Shown here: positions 11,559 to 21,695 of the stretch, piece by piece
Layout: each line of letters starts with the position of its first letter
Position numbering within the stretch: position 1 is the first letter of the stretch
Origin: Escherichia phage vB-Eco-KMB23
DNA: 64,000 nucleotides
Reading direction: 5' to 3' (one strand)
Sequence record: OR525702.1
Program-made: the position numbers and the translations under genes
Notes under the pieces: generated by a model
Databases searched by the model: none
Seen by the model: only the letters and a program-made list of their open reading frames with translations
What the model was told of the DNA's origin: nothing

Positions 11559-12977
11559 TTATGGATAGGTATAGATGATACCAGTTTCTAAAGCAGTTTT
11601 ATGAATGATGTATCCATTACGTGATTCTTGAACATCAACTTCTGGATAGTCTTTCATCATCTTCTGAAGGGTGTAACGATGCAGGTAGTATTTACTATCT
11701 GGATCTTCAGTTTTCCAATCTTTACCTTCTTCGGTCATTTTTTGGATTTCATCCATAACCCACCAACCGCACCAGATATAAGCCGAAGTACGATGTGGAA
11801 GAGGATGAACATAAGGCAATTCACCTTCTGGTTCTGGAGCAACTTTATCAGTTACCTGAACTTGACCTTCTGCTGTGATAGTTTTGCTATCATAATCAGT
11901 AGCAGTAACAGTTGCAGTAACTTCAATAGTTTGACTTCCAATAGATGATGTATCAACAGTGTATACATTAGTTGACCCTTCTACTGGAGAAGAATCTTTC
12001 TTCCATGAATATTCGATTTGTGCTTCTTCTGGAGCATCCGTAACATTAGCAGTAAATGTAGCCGAAGCATCTTGCTGAACGTTAATAGAAGGAGGAGTCA
12101 ATGTAACCTGTGGATTCATTGTCTTCTTATTAACTGTTAATGATACTTCATTAGAAGTAACTGTTTTTGCGTCATAATCTGTTGCTGTTACTTGCGCTAC
12201 GCATTTAATTCTTTTTACTCCACTTGTAGTTGGAGTATAGCTAAATGTAGCAGAAGTCGCTTCACCAATTTGAGAATCATCTACATACCACTGATACGTA
12301 GCAGATGCCCCATCAGGTTGAGAAGCTAAGGCAGCGGTAAATTCAACGGCTGTTCCAATCACTCCAGCTGGAGGACTATCAGGAGTTACTGCCAAGGTAG
12401 TCGTCTGCGTCTTTTTATTAACAGTCAATGATACTTCATTAGAAGTAACGCTTAGTGCATCATAATCTGCCGCAGTTACTTGAGCTACACACTTGATTTT
12501 TTTAACTCCGCTTGTGTCAGGAGTGTAATTGAATGTAGCGTCAGTTGCTTCGTCTACAGGAGAACCGTCAACGTGCCATTGATACGTAGCGTTTGCACCT
12601 GATGGCTGTGAAGCTAAGGCAGCGGTAAATTGAACGGCTGTTCCGATTACTCCTTCCGGAGGACTAGCAGGAGTTACGGCTAATGTAGTTGTCTGTGTCT
12701 TATTTTGAACCGTGATAGTTGTCGTAGTTTCTGCTGTTTCAGGTTCAGATTCTGCAACTTGATTGGTTGCAACTACTTTAATAGTCTTTTGACCGGCAGG
12801 TCCTTTTAGTACATAACTAAAAGTTGCTGACGTTTCTTCCTGTGGAGCGTCGTCTACAGTCCAAGCATATGTAATAGGTCCATCTCCAGTTTGACCACTG
12901 GGTGTAGCAGTAAACTGCTGAGTCTGATCTATAACTCCAGTAGGTGTTTTAGGAGTTATATCAACTGTAAAAGCCAT
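11559..12977 (-). CDS. hoc: outer capsid decoration protein Hoc, five-domain variant
   Basis: 472 aa; termini match T4 Hoc (376 aa) from memory; contains two adjacent, roughly 80 percent identical 96-aa Ig-like domains. Confidence 0.85.
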   Translation of the reverse strand: MAFTVDITPKTPTGVIDQTQQFTATPSGQTGDGPITYAWTVDDAPQEETSATFSYVLKGPAGQKTIKVVATNQVAESEPETAETTTTITVQNKTQTTTLAVTPASPPEGVIGTAVQFTAALASQPSGANATYQWHVDGSPVDEATDATFNYTPDTSGVKKIKCVAQVTAADYDALSVTSNEVSLTVNKKTQTTTLAVTPDSPPAGVIGTAVEFTAALASQPDGASATYQWYVDDSQIGEATSATFSYTPTTSGVKRIKCVAQVTATDYDAKTVTSNEVSLTVNKKTMNPQVTLTPPSINVQQDASATFTANVTDAPEEAQIEYSWKKDSSPVEGSTNVYTVDTSSIGSQTIEVTATVTATDYDSKTITAEGQVQVTDKVAPEPEGELPYVHPLPHRTSAYIWCGWWVMDEIQKMTEEGKDWKTEDPDSKYYLHRYTLQKMMKDYPEVDVQESRNGYIIHKTALETGIIYTYP

Positions 12978-12986
12978 AAGTTATCC

Positions 12987-13667
12987 TTATTTTAATGTTA
13001 CGAAAGAAGAATTACGTGTTTCACGAATTAGAACTGATCCGTCGCGATTAATGTAATAAATTAAGCTAAATAAAGTTTGGTGTGCTGACGCATGCTCAAA
13101 ACTAGTTGGGTGAGATTTCCAATCCGGAGTTTCAGCAATCCACTGGTAAATCCACCAAGGAACAGTGCAGAATCCTGGATTTTTTCCAATCAGCTGAAGA
13201 TTCGGACTAAAGTTTTCCGGAAGAGTAAATACAGACGGCTTCTCAGATTCAATAATCTCAGCTACAGCCTGTTCGAATTTTTCTTCAACAAAAGGAGTAT
13301 CTTCAATCAAAACATCGGTATTTTCAGGAATTTTATCCGTTTCTACTACTTCAATTTTAATGTCAGATTTAACCGGAGAATCAATCAGAAGTGCTGCCTC
13401 TGGATTGACTTCTTCATCGTCATATTTTAATCCGTCTGCAGCATCAGCAGCATCAATTAAGTCTTTAATAGATAACCCATCAGTCTCTGGCATAGGTTCA
13501 CTAGCGAGCTTCTGGAGGGCTTCTTCAATATCATTAACGATATTATCAAAAGATTTATTCTTTTTGACTTTTATACCAAACTGTTCAGCATATTCAGCTA
13601 ATTTAGCTTTAGCTTCTTTATTATCATCAAGAGCCTTCAGCTCTGCAATATAATCTTTATCTATCAT
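12987..13667 (-). CDS. inh: inhibitor of prohead protease
   Basis: 226 aa, position and length as T4 Inh; SD GAGGA. Confidence 0.8.
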   Translation of the reverse strand: MIDKDYIAELKALDDNKEAKAKLAEYAEQFGIKVKKNKSFDNIVNDIEEALQKLASEPMPETDGLSIKDLIDAADAADGLKYDDEEVNPEAALLIDSPVKSDIKIEVVETDKIPENTDVLIEDTPFVEEKFEQAVAEIIESEKPSVFTLPENFSPNLQLIGKNPGFCTVPWWIYQWIAETPDWKSHPTSFEHASAHQTLFSLIYYINRDGSVLIRETRNSSFVTLK

Positions 13668-13680
13668 AATATTTCCTCAG

Positions 13681-13688
13681 TATAAATA
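13681..13688 (+). promoter_or_regulatory. late promoter motif TATAAATA for uvsW
   Basis: Exact TATAAATA 30 bp upstream of ATG 13718. Confidence 0.65.
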
Positions 13689-13717
13689 TAGATATATTTA
13701 TTACATGGTATTTAGAC

Positions 13718-15229
13718 ATGACTGACATTAAAGTACATTTTTATGATTTTAGTCACGTGAGAATTGATTGTGAAGAAAGTACATTTCATGAACTCCGTGA
13801 TTTCTTTAGCTTTGAAGCTGATGGGTATCGTTTTAATCCGAAGTACAAATATGGCCACTGGGATGGACGAATTCGTCTTTTAGATTATAATCGCCTTCTT
13901 CCATTCGGCTTAGTCGGGCAAATTAAAAAGTTCTGTGATAACTTTGGCTATAAAGCCTGGATTGACCCACAAATTAACGAAAAAGAAGAATTATCAAGAA
14001 AAGATTTTGATGAATGGCTTTCTAAATTAGAAATCTATTCAGGAAATAAAAGAATTGAACCGCACTGGTATCAAAAAGATGCAGTGTTCGAAGGATTAGT
14101 TAATCGTCGTAGAATTCTTAATCTTCCAACATCCGCTGGTAAATCGTTAATTCAAGCTTTGCTTGCGCGATATTATTTGGAAAATTATGAAGGTAAAATT
14201 CTTATCATTGTTCCAACAACTGCCTTAACAACTCAGATGGCTGATGACTTTGTTGACTATCGTTTATTCAGTCATGCAATGATAAAGAAAATTGGTGGCG
14301 GAGCATCAAAAGATGATAAATATAAAAATGATGCACCGGTCGTTGTTGGTACATGGCAAACTGTAGTAAAACAACCAAAAGAATGGTTCTCACAGTTTGG
14401 AATGATGATGAATGATGAATGCCATCTTGCTACAGGAAAAAGTATTTCATCTATCATATCTGGTTTAAATAACTGCATGTTCAAATTCGGTTTGTCCGGT
14501 TCATTACGTGATGGCAAAGCTAATATCATGCAGTATGTTGGAATGTTTGGTGAAATATTTAAGCCAGTAACGACTTCTAAGTTAATGGAAGATGGACAAG
14601 TAACTGAGCTAAAAATTAATAGTATTTTTCTTCGCTATCCCGATGAGTTCACTACTAAATTAAAGGGAAAAACTTATCAAGAAGAAATAAAAATTATTAC
14701 GGGGCTTAGTAAAAGAAATAAATGGATCGCTAAATTGGCTATTAAGCTTGCACAAAAAGATGAAAACGCTTTTGTCATGTTTAAACATGTATCACATGGT
14801 AAAGCTATTTTCGATTTAATTAAAAATGAATACGATAAAGTTTATTACGTATCAGGGGAAGTTGATACCGAAACCCGCAATATAATGAAAACCTTAGCTG
14901 AAAACGGTAAAGGAATAATTATAGTCGCTAGTTATGGTGTATTTTCTACTGGTATTTCAGTTAAAAATCTGCATCACGTTGTTTTAGCGCACGGTGTTAA
15001 ATCAAAAATCATTGTATTACAAACAATCGGTCGTGTATTACGTAAGCACGGTTCTAAGACAATAGCAACCGTCTGGGACCTCATCGATGATTGTGGTGTT
15101 AAGCCAAAATCTGCTAATACGAAAAAGAAATACGTTCATTTGAACTATCTTTTAAAACATGGCATTGATCGTATTCAGCGCTACGCAGATGAAAAATTTA
15201 ATTACGTAATGAAAACAGTTAATTTATAA
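13718..15229 (+). CDS. uvsW: UvsW RNA-DNA/DNA-DNA helicase
   Basis: 503 aa; SF2 helicase motifs (PTSAGKS Walker A, DECH box). Confidence 0.9.
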   Translation: MTDIKVHFYDFSHVRIDCEESTFHELRDFFSFEADGYRFNPKYKYGHWDGRIRLLDYNRLLPFGLVGQIKKFCDNFGYKAWIDPQINEKEELSRKDFDEWLSKLEIYSGNKRIEPHWYQKDAVFEGLVNRRRILNLPTSAGKSLIQALLARYYLENYEGKILIIVPTTALTTQMADDFVDYRLFSHAMIKKIGGGASKDDKYKNDAPVVVGTWQTVVKQPKEWFSQFGMMMNDECHLATGKSISSIISGLNNCMFKFGLSGSLRDGKANIMQYVGMFGEIFKPVTTSKLMEDGQVTELKINSIFLRYPDEFTTKLKGKTYQEEIKIITGLSKRNKWIAKLAIKLAQKDENAFVMFKHVSHGKAIFDLIKNEYDKVYYVSGEVDTETRNIMKTLAENGKGIIIVASYGVFSTGISVKNLHHVVLAHGVKSKIIVLQTIGRVLRKHGSKTIATVWDLIDDCGVKPKSANTKKKYVHLNYLLKHGIDRIQRYADEKFNYVMKTVNL

Positions 15230-15241
15230 GGGCTTCGGCCC
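15230..15241 (+). terminator. hairpin with UUCG loop after uvsW
   Basis: GGGC-ttcg-GCCC then TTT. Confidence 0.5.
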
Positions 15242-15254
15242 TTTGGAGAAAAAG

Positions 15255-15485
15255 ATGTTACTAGAATTTAAACAATTTCTTTATGAAGCTTCTATTGATG
15301 AATTTATGGGTAAAATTGCCTCTTGTCAAACAATAGAAGGTCTAGAAGAACTTGAAGCTTATTATAAGAAAAGAGTTAAAGAAACTGAATTAAAAGATAC
15401 TGATGACATCTCTGTGAGAGATGCTTTGGCAGGAAAAAGAGCTGAATTAGAAGATTCAGACGATGAAGTAGAAGAAAGCTTTTAA
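15255..15485 (+). CDS. uvsW.1: UvsW.1 small protein
   Basis: 76 aa from ATG 15255 with SD GGAG; track ORF begins at upstream TTG 15243. Confidence 0.75.
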   Translation: MLLEFKQFLYEASIDEFMGKIASCQTIEGLEELEAYYKKRVKETELKDTDDISVRDALAGKRAELEDSDDEVEESF

Positions 15486-15540
15486 ATTAAAAAAGGCCCA
15501 ACCGAAAAGGAAGGGCCAAAACTATAGACTAAAGGTCACA

Positions 15541-15708
15541 CTATAGCAAAAGTTGTGTTTCATTTAATTGTTCTTCCGAACTTTCTGAAACTGGTAGTTC
15601 TTTAATGTAATTATAACAAGGCCCAGGATGTACAGGACCTTTGTCTGTTTCAACAACCAATGCAGAATCGATTGGAGTTTTACAGACAACGCAAATCTTA
15701 TCTGACAT
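15541..15708 (-). CDS. small Cys-rich protein (55 aa), uvsY-upstream position
   Basis: ATG 15706-15708 with SD GAGGAG; MSDKICVVCKTPIDSALVVETDKGPVHPGPCYNY; below the ORF-track size cutoff. Confidence 0.6.
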   Translation of the reverse strand: MSDKICVVCKTPIDSALVVETDKGPVHPGPCYNYIKELPVSESSEEQLNETQLLL

Positions 15709-15733
15709 GATTGTCTCCTCTAAATTATATATC

Positions 15734-15741
15734 TATTTATA
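15734..15741 (-). promoter_or_regulatory. late promoter motif TATAAATA (minus strand)
   Basis: Reverse complement of tatttata, 26 bp upstream of the 55-aa ORF start. Confidence 0.5.
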
Positions 15742-15961
15742 TAACTCTCATATGCATATCAATGCCCATATCTTTAGAATAAAAATATTCATCAAGATAT
15801 CCGGCAAATTTTCCTTTAACATAAAGTACATCTTCACCGCATGGGTGGTCGGCCAGGATACGAATATCCTGACGCTTAAGATTATACTTTTTCATTAAGA
15901 ATTGAATTTCCGTTTCGAATTCTTCTTCATAATTAAAAGCATCATCAATGCTATATCTCAT
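15737..15961 (-). CDS. hypothetical protein
   Basis: 74-aa ORF, ATG start overlapping uvsY stop. Confidence 0.6.
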   Translation of the reverse strand: MRYSIDDAFNYEEEFETEIQFLMKKYNLKRQDIRILADHPCGEDVLYVKGKFAGYLDEYFYSKDMGIDMHMRVI

Positions 15962-16374
15962 TATTTTCCAGCCTCAAATGCCCGCATGTCTTGAATATGC
16001 TTAATAGCAAATCCACGTGATTTAATAGCATCAAGAGCTCCGCTACAGAAATCTAATAAAATCCCCCAATACTGTAACGAGGTATCAACCTTTAAAACAT
16101 CCTTATCAGCCGATAGAACTGTCTTCATTTCTGATTTCTCGTAACGATCCATACTAAATTCATCACCATCTCCTCGTCCCGAGTAGTAGTCTAATTTAGC
16201 TTTAAGAGCAACTTTTTTCTGTGCGTCAATTCTAAGCATTTCCTTTTTAATACTTGAATGCTTATTGAGCCATTTACTATATAACATCACATTATTAGCT
16301 GCTTCATACTGTAATTTAGTCGAATCTATAAACACATCTTTCTTCAATTCTTCTTGAAGATCTTCTAATTTCAT
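15961..16374 (-). CDS. uvsY: recombination mediator UvsY
   Basis: 137 aa, matches T4 UvsY. Confidence 0.9.
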   Translation of the reverse strand: MKLEDLQEELKKDVFIDSTKLQYEAANNVMLYSKWLNKHSSIKKEMLRIDAQKKVALKAKLDYYSGRGDGDEFSMDRYEKSEMKTVLSADKDVLKVDTSLQYWGILLDFCSGALDAIKSRGFAIKHIQDMRAFEAGK

Positions 16375-16414
16375 ATTGTTCTCTATTCAATTGTTATTGG
16401 ATGGACTTAGATTC

Positions 16415-16440
16415 ATTATACCACGTTTATACGTGAAGCA
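16415..16440 (-). promoter_or_regulatory. middle (MotA-dependent) promoter for uvsY
   Basis: Minus strand reads TGCTTCA (MotA-box-like), 13 nt, TATAAT; about 40 nt upstream of uvsY ATG. Confidence 0.6.
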
Positions 16441-16839
16441 TTATACTCTGTTACTGGAAGCCAGTTGTAGTTTTATCTGCTCAATATCATCAGGGTTATC
16501 GATGACTGAAAAGCGTATTTCTACTATCAGAGTATAATCATCATAAACTGGTATTACATTAACTGCTAATTTATCAATACGTGGCTCGTAGTTTCTTACT
16601 GCGCTTTCAATGTTACGCTCAACGGTATCAGCAGTAAGAGGAGTCATATTCTCAAAAAGCTGATCAGATAAATCGCATCCAAATTCTGGGTCAAATGGCC
16701 TTGACCCTTTCCTAGTTGTAATAATTCCTAAAAGGCTATTTTTAATTGACCTTAATCCAAGAGATCTGGAAACGTCTTTGTCCCAATCCATTTTCATTTC
16801 TGGGTCAATGTCAGAATAAAGCTTATTAATATTTGCCAT
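16441..16839 (-). CDS. 25: baseplate wedge subunit
   Basis: 132 aa, matches T4 gp25. Confidence 0.9.
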   Translation of the reverse strand: MANINKLYSDIDPEMKMDWDKDVSRSLGLRSIKNSLLGIITTRKGSRPFDPEFGCDLSDQLFENMTPLTADTVERNIESAVRNYEPRIDKLAVNVIPVYDDYTLIVEIRFSVIDNPDDIEQIKLQLASSNRV

Positions 16840-17465
16840 TACAATAGCTCAAAGAATTCTTTGAGTCCTCTTATTACATGAGCGTGAGTTTTTCCACACT
16901 CTGGACACTTAATTGGAACAGCCAAATAAACAGTAGGCTTTAAAAGCATATCTTTTATAGCTACAATATCTGACTCTGTGATGATAGAATATAAATCTTC
17001 CAACTCTTTTTCATTTAAGTCTTCAATTGGAATGCTTTCACCGTTAGCATGAATCGTTTCTATACATGATACTATCATGTGGGCTATATTTTTATCATCA
17101 AAAATTTTAGGATAATGGAACTTAATTTTAATGTCACCCAGTGTATACCAGAGGTCTTCTGGTGCATCTATTTGTGTATGTAATAGATTTATATGGGTTG
17201 GTATTTCAGTTCCACAGATGCACTTCCAGGAGTTTTCGTGATTAACTTCTCCAAGAGAATGTGCCCATAAATGAATCAGCAGTAGTTCTGATTCTTGACG
17301 GTTTAAATCTTTTGCATTTGTACAGTCTTTAATTAGTTTTTTAACGATCTCTTCTACTGAACCGTTCTTTTTAGCAGTAATAAGTTCTAGATATTCTTTA
17401 AGAGTAAATGCGCGACAGTTGATTATTTTAGAACCAACTCTCACATCAAATTTGTATTCATACAT
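16839..17465 (-). CDS. 26: baseplate hub subunit
   Basis: 208 aa, SD AAGGAG, position as T4 gp26. Confidence 0.85.
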   Translation of the reverse strand: MYEYKFDVRVGSKIINCRAFTLKEYLELITAKKNGSVEEIVKKLIKDCTNAKDLNRQESELLLIHLWAHSLGEVNHENSWKCICGTEIPTHINLLHTQIDAPEDLWYTLGDIKIKFHYPKIFDDKNIAHMIVSCIETIHANGESIPIEDLNEKELEDLYSIITESDIVAIKDMLLKPTVYLAVPIKCPECGKTHAHVIRGLKEFFELL

Positions 17466-17486
17466 ATTTAGCTCCTTTATTTATCA

Positions 17487-17498
17487 TATTTATAAATA
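17487..17498. promoter_or_regulatory. divergent late promoters in a 12-bp palindrome TATTTATAAATA (genes 26 and 51)
   Basis: Reads TATAAATA on both strands; lies between ATG of gene 26 (17465, minus) and gene 51 (17516, plus). Confidence 0.6.
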
Positions 17499-17515
17499 GA
17501 ATAAAAGGAGCATCT

Positions 17516-18265
17516 ATGGCAAACATTATTCGTTGTAAATTACCAGATGGTGTTCATCGTTTTAAACCATTTACGGTAGAAGATTATCGAGATTTTTTGT
17601 TAGTTCGAAACGATATAGAACATCGGTCACCACAAGAACAAAAAGAAATAATTGCTGATTTAATTGCCGATTATTTTGGAGACTATCCGAAGACTTGGCA
17701 ACCATTTATATTTTTGCAGGTATTTGTAGGGTCAATAGGTAAAACTAAAGTACCGGTCACATTTGTATGTCCAAAATGTAAAAAAGAAAAGACAGTTCCA
17801 TTTGAAATATATCAAAAAGAATTAAAGGAACCTGTTTTTGATGTAGCTAATGTTAAAATTAAATTAAAGTTTCCTTCTGAGTTTTATGAAAATAAAGCAA
17901 AGATGATTACTGAAAATATTCATTCCGTTCAAGTAGATGAAATGTGGTATGACTGGAAGGAAATTAGCGAATCAAGTCAAATAGAACTTGTTGATGCCAT
18001 CGAGATAGAAACATTAGAAAAAATTCTCGATGCAATGAATCCTATTAATTTAACATTACATATGTCATGTTGTAATAAGTATGTAAAAAAATACACTGAT
18101 ATAGTAGATGTGTTTAAGCTATTAGTTAACCCAGATGAAATATTTACTTTTTATCAAATTAATCACACACTCGTAAAAAGTAATTATAGCTTAAATTCAA
18201 TAATGAAAATGATTCCTGCTGAGCGCGGATTCGTATTAAAACTGATTGAGAAGGATAAACAATAA
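17516..18265 (+). CDS. 51: baseplate hub assembly protein
   Basis: 249 aa, matches T4 gp51. Confidence 0.85.
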   Translation: MANIIRCKLPDGVHRFKPFTVEDYRDFLLVRNDIEHRSPQEQKEIIADLIADYFGDYPKTWQPFIFLQVFVGSIGKTKVPVTFVCPKCKKEKTVPFEIYQKELKEPVFDVANVKIKLKFPSEFYENKAKMITENIHSVQVDEMWYDWKEISESSQIELVDAIEIETLEKILDAMNPINLTLHMSCCNKYVKKYTDIVDVFKLLVNPDEIFTFYQINHTLVKSNYSLNSIMKMIPAERGFVLKLIEKDKQ

Positions 18266-19440
18266 TGAGTATGTTGCAACGCCCAGGATATCCAAATCTC
18301 AGCGTTAAATTATTTGATAGCTACGACGCTTGGAGTAATAATAGATTTGTTGAATTAGCTGCTACTATTACCACATTAACTATGCGGGATTCTCTTTATG
18401 GCCGAAATGAAGGAATGCTGCAGTTTTATGATTCTAAAAATATCCATACAAAAATGGATGGAAATGAAATAATTCAGATTTCTGTAGCTAATGCAAACGA
18501 TATTAATAATGTTAAAACACGAATTTATGGATGTAAGCATTTTTCAGTGTCAGTAGATTCAAAGGGTGATAACATCATTGCTATTGAATTGGGAACTATT
18601 CATTCTATAGAAAATCTTAAATTTGGCAGACCGTTTTTCTCTGATGCAGGTGAATCTATAAAGGAAATGCTTGGTGTCATTTATCAGGATCGCACGTTAT
18701 TAACTCCAGCAATAAATGCTATAAATGCTTATGTTCCTGATATTCCATGGACTAGCACATTTGAAAACTATTTGTCGTATGTTAGAGAAGTTGCTCTAGC
18801 TGTAGGAAGTGACAAATTTGTATTTGTGTGGCAAGACATCATGGGAGTTAACATGATGGACTATGATATGATGATAAATCAAGAACCGTATCCAATGATT
18901 GTCGGTGAGCCATCTTTAATAGGTCAATTCATCCAAGAATTAAAATATCCATTAGCATATGATTTCGTTTGGTTGACTAAATCGAATCCTCATAAACGCG
19001 ACCCAATGAAAAACGCTACTATCTATGCTCATTCATTTTTAGATTCTTCATTGCCAATGATTACTACAGGAAAGGGAGAAAACTCTATTGTAGTGTCAAG
19101 GTCAGGTGCTTATTCTGAAATGACTTATAGGAATGGATATGAAGAAGCTATTCGTCTTCAAACTATGGCACAATACGATGGCTATGCTAAATGTTCTACT
19201 GTCGGTAATTTTAACTTGACTCCTGGCGTTAAAATTATTTTTAATGATAGTAAAAACCAATTTAAAACAGAATTTTACGTTGATGAAGTTATCCACGAAT
19301 TATCTAATAATAATTCAGTAACTCATCTATATATGTTCACTAATGCAACGAAACTGGAAACAATAGACCCAGTTAAGGTTAAAAATGAATTTAAATCTGA
19401 TACTACCACTGAAGAAAGTAGTTCTTCCAATAAGCAATAA
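18265..19440 (+). CDS. 27: baseplate hub subunit
   Basis: 391 aa, matches T4 gp27. Confidence 0.9.
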   Translation: MSMLQRPGYPNLSVKLFDSYDAWSNNRFVELAATITTLTMRDSLYGRNEGMLQFYDSKNIHTKMDGNEIIQISVANANDINNVKTRIYGCKHFSVSVDSKGDNIIAIELGTIHSIENLKFGRPFFSDAGESIKEMLGVIYQDRTLLTPAINAINAYVPDIPWTSTFENYLSYVREVALAVGSDKFVFVWQDIMGVNMMDYDMMINQEPYPMIVGEPSLIGQFIQELKYPLAYDFVWLTKSNPHKRDPMKNATIYAHSFLDSSLPMITTGKGENSIVVSRSGAYSEMTYRNGYEEAIRLQTMAQYDGYAKCSTVGNFNLTPGVKIIFNDSKNQFKTEFYVDEVIHELSNNNSVTHLYMFTNATKLETIDPVKVKNEFKSDTTTEESSSSNKQ

Positions 19441-19918
19441 AGAAGTTTCTATTCCTAAAATGGGTCTTAAACATTATAACATTTTAAAAGATGTTAAAGG
19501 TCCTGATGAAAATTTAAAACTTCTTATTGATTCTATTTGCCCGAATTTATCACCGGCAGAAGTTGATTTCGTTTCCATTCATTTATTAGAATTTAATGGA
19601 AAGATTAAATCTCGTAAAGAAATAGATGGTTATACTTATGACATTAATGATGTTTATGTATGCCAAAGATTAGAATTTCAATACCAAGGAAATACATTTT
19701 ATTTTAGACCGCCTGGAAAATTTGAACAATTTTTAACTGTGAGCGATATGTTATCCAAATGCTTGCTTAAGGTCAATGATGAAGTTAAAGAAATTAATTT
19801 TCTTGAGATGCCAGCATTCGTTTTAAAATGGGCAAATGATATTTTTACAACTTTAGCAATTCCTGGCCCTAATGGTCCAATAACCGGAATTGGCAATATT
19901 ATTGGATTATTTGAATGA
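19385..19918 (+). CDS. 28: baseplate hub distal subunit
   Basis: 177 aa, overlaps 3' end of gene 27. Confidence 0.8.
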   Translation: MNLNLILPLKKVVLPISNKEVSIPKMGLKHYNILKDVKGPDENLKLLIDSICPNLSPAEVDFVSIHLLEFNGKIKSRKEIDGYTYDINDVYVCQRLEFQYQGNTFYFRPPGKFEQFLTVSDMLSKCLLKVNDEVKEINFLEMPAFVLKWANDIFTTLAIPGPNGPITGIGNIIGLFE

Positions 19919-21687
19919 AAAAGCCACAAGAAATGCAAACGATGCGTAGAAAAGTTATTTCAGATAATAAACCAACACAGGAAGCGGCTAAATCCGCTTC
20001 TAACACTTTATCTGGACTTAACGATATATCTACGAAATTGGATGATGCTCAAGCTGCTTCTGAATTAATTGCTCAAACTGTCGAAGAAAAATCGAATGAA
20101 ATAATTGGAGCAATTGACAATGTAGAAAGCGCAGTGAGTGATACTACTGCTGGTTCTGAGTTAATTGCTGAAACTGTCGAAATTGGCAATAATATTAATA
20201 AAGAAATCGGTGAATCGCTCGGAAGTAAATTAGATAAATTAACGAGTTTACTCGAGCAAAAAATTCAGACAGCTGGAATTCAACAAACAGGAACTAGTTT
20301 AGCTACGGTTGAAAGCGCTATTCCTGTTAAAGTTGTTGAGGACGATACAGCTGAATCTGTGGGTCCTTTATTACCGGCTCCTGAAGCAGTTAATAATGAT
20401 CCTGATGCTGATTTTTTCCCTACCCCTCAGCCAGTTGAACCTAAACAAGAATCGCCAGAAGAAAAACAGAAAAAAGACGCATTTAACTTAAAATTATCTC
20501 AAGCTTTAGATAAATTAACAAAGACTGTTGATTTCGGATTTAAGAAATCTATTTCAATTACTGATAAAATATCAAGCATGCTATTTAAGTATACTGTCAG
20601 TGCTGCTATTGAAGCTGCTAAAATGACTGCAATGATATTGGCTGTTGTTGTTGGAATAGATCTGCTGATGGTTCACTTTAAATATTGGTCAGATAAATTT
20701 TCACAGGCATGGGATTTGTTTAGTACAGACTTTACTAAATTCTCTAGCGAAACCGGAACATGGGGTCCTTTATTACAGAGCATCTTTGGTTCTATTGATG
20801 AAATTAAAAAATTCTGGGAAGAGGGAGATTGGGGCGGTTTGACGGTAGCTATTGTAGAAGGGCTTGGAAAGGTTCTTTATAATTTAGGAGAACTTATTCA
20901 GCTTGGAATGGCTAAATTATCTGCTGCAATTCTTCGAGTCATTCCTGGCATGAAGGATACCGCTGATGAAGTAGAAGGAAGAGCACTAGAAAATTTCCAA
21001 AATTCTACTGGAGCATCTCTCAATAAAGAAGACCAGGAAAAAGTTGCAAATTATCAAGATAAACGAATGAACGGAGACCTTGGTCCGATAGCAAAAGGAT
21101 TAGATAAAATTGCTAATTGGAAAACTCGTGCATCTAACTGGATTCGTGGCGTTGATAATAAAGAAGCACTAACTACCGACGAAGAACGTGCAGAAGAAGA
21201 AGAAAAATTAAAGCAACTTTCACCAGAAGAAAGAAAAAATGCTTTAATGAAGGCTAATGAAGCCCGTGCCGCGATGATTCGTTTTGAAAAATACGCTGAT
21301 TCGGCTGATATGAGTAAAGACTCAACGGTTAAATCAGTTGAAGCTGCCTATGAAGACCTTAAAAAACGGATGGATGACCCGGATTTAAATAATTCACCGG
21401 CAGTTAAAAAAGAACTTGCTGCTAGATTTTCTAAAATTGATGCTACTTATCAAGAGCTCAAGAAAAATCAGCCTAATGCCAAACCTGAAACTTCTGCTAA
21501 ATCGCCAGAAGCAAAACAAGTCCAGGTAATAGAAAAGAACAAAGCACAGCAAGCTCCTGTTCAACAAGCATCTCCTTCAATCAATAATACTAATAATGTT
21601 ATTAAGAAAAATACTGTCGTTCATAATATGACACCCGTAACGAGCACGACTGCTCCTGGTGTATTTGATGCGACCGGAGTTAATTAA
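19915..21687 (+). CDS. 29: baseplate hub subunit / tail length determinator
   Basis: 590 aa, matches T4 gp29. Confidence 0.9.
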   Translation: MKKPQEMQTMRRKVISDNKPTQEAAKSASNTLSGLNDISTKLDDAQAASELIAQTVEEKSNEIIGAIDNVESAVSDTTAGSELIAETVEIGNNINKEIGESLGSKLDKLTSLLEQKIQTAGIQQTGTSLATVESAIPVKVVEDDTAESVGPLLPAPEAVNNDPDADFFPTPQPVEPKQESPEEKQKKDAFNLKLSQALDKLTKTVDFGFKKSISITDKISSMLFKYTVSAAIEAAKMTAMILAVVVGIDLLMVHFKYWSDKFSQAWDLFSTDFTKFSSETGTWGPLLQSIFGSIDEIKKFWEEGDWGGLTVAIVEGLGKVLYNLGELIQLGMAKLSAAILRVIPGMKDTADEVEGRALENFQNSTGASLNKEDQEKVANYQDKRMNGDLGPIAKGLDKIANWKTRASNWIRGVDNKEALTTDEERAEEEEKLKQLSPEERKNALMKANEARAAMIRFEKYADSADMSKDSTVKSVEAAYEDLKKRMDDPDLNNSPAVKKELAARFSKIDATYQELKKNQPNAKPETSAKSPEAKQVQVIEKNKAQQAPVQQASPSINNTNNVIKKNTVVHNMTPVTSTTAPGVFDATGVN

Positions 21688-21695
21688 GGAATAAT

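Noticed and set aside
15641-15898. 85-aa plus-strand ORF
   Set aside because: Overlaps two minus-strand genes in an operon with good SD sequences; the plus-strand ORF has none.
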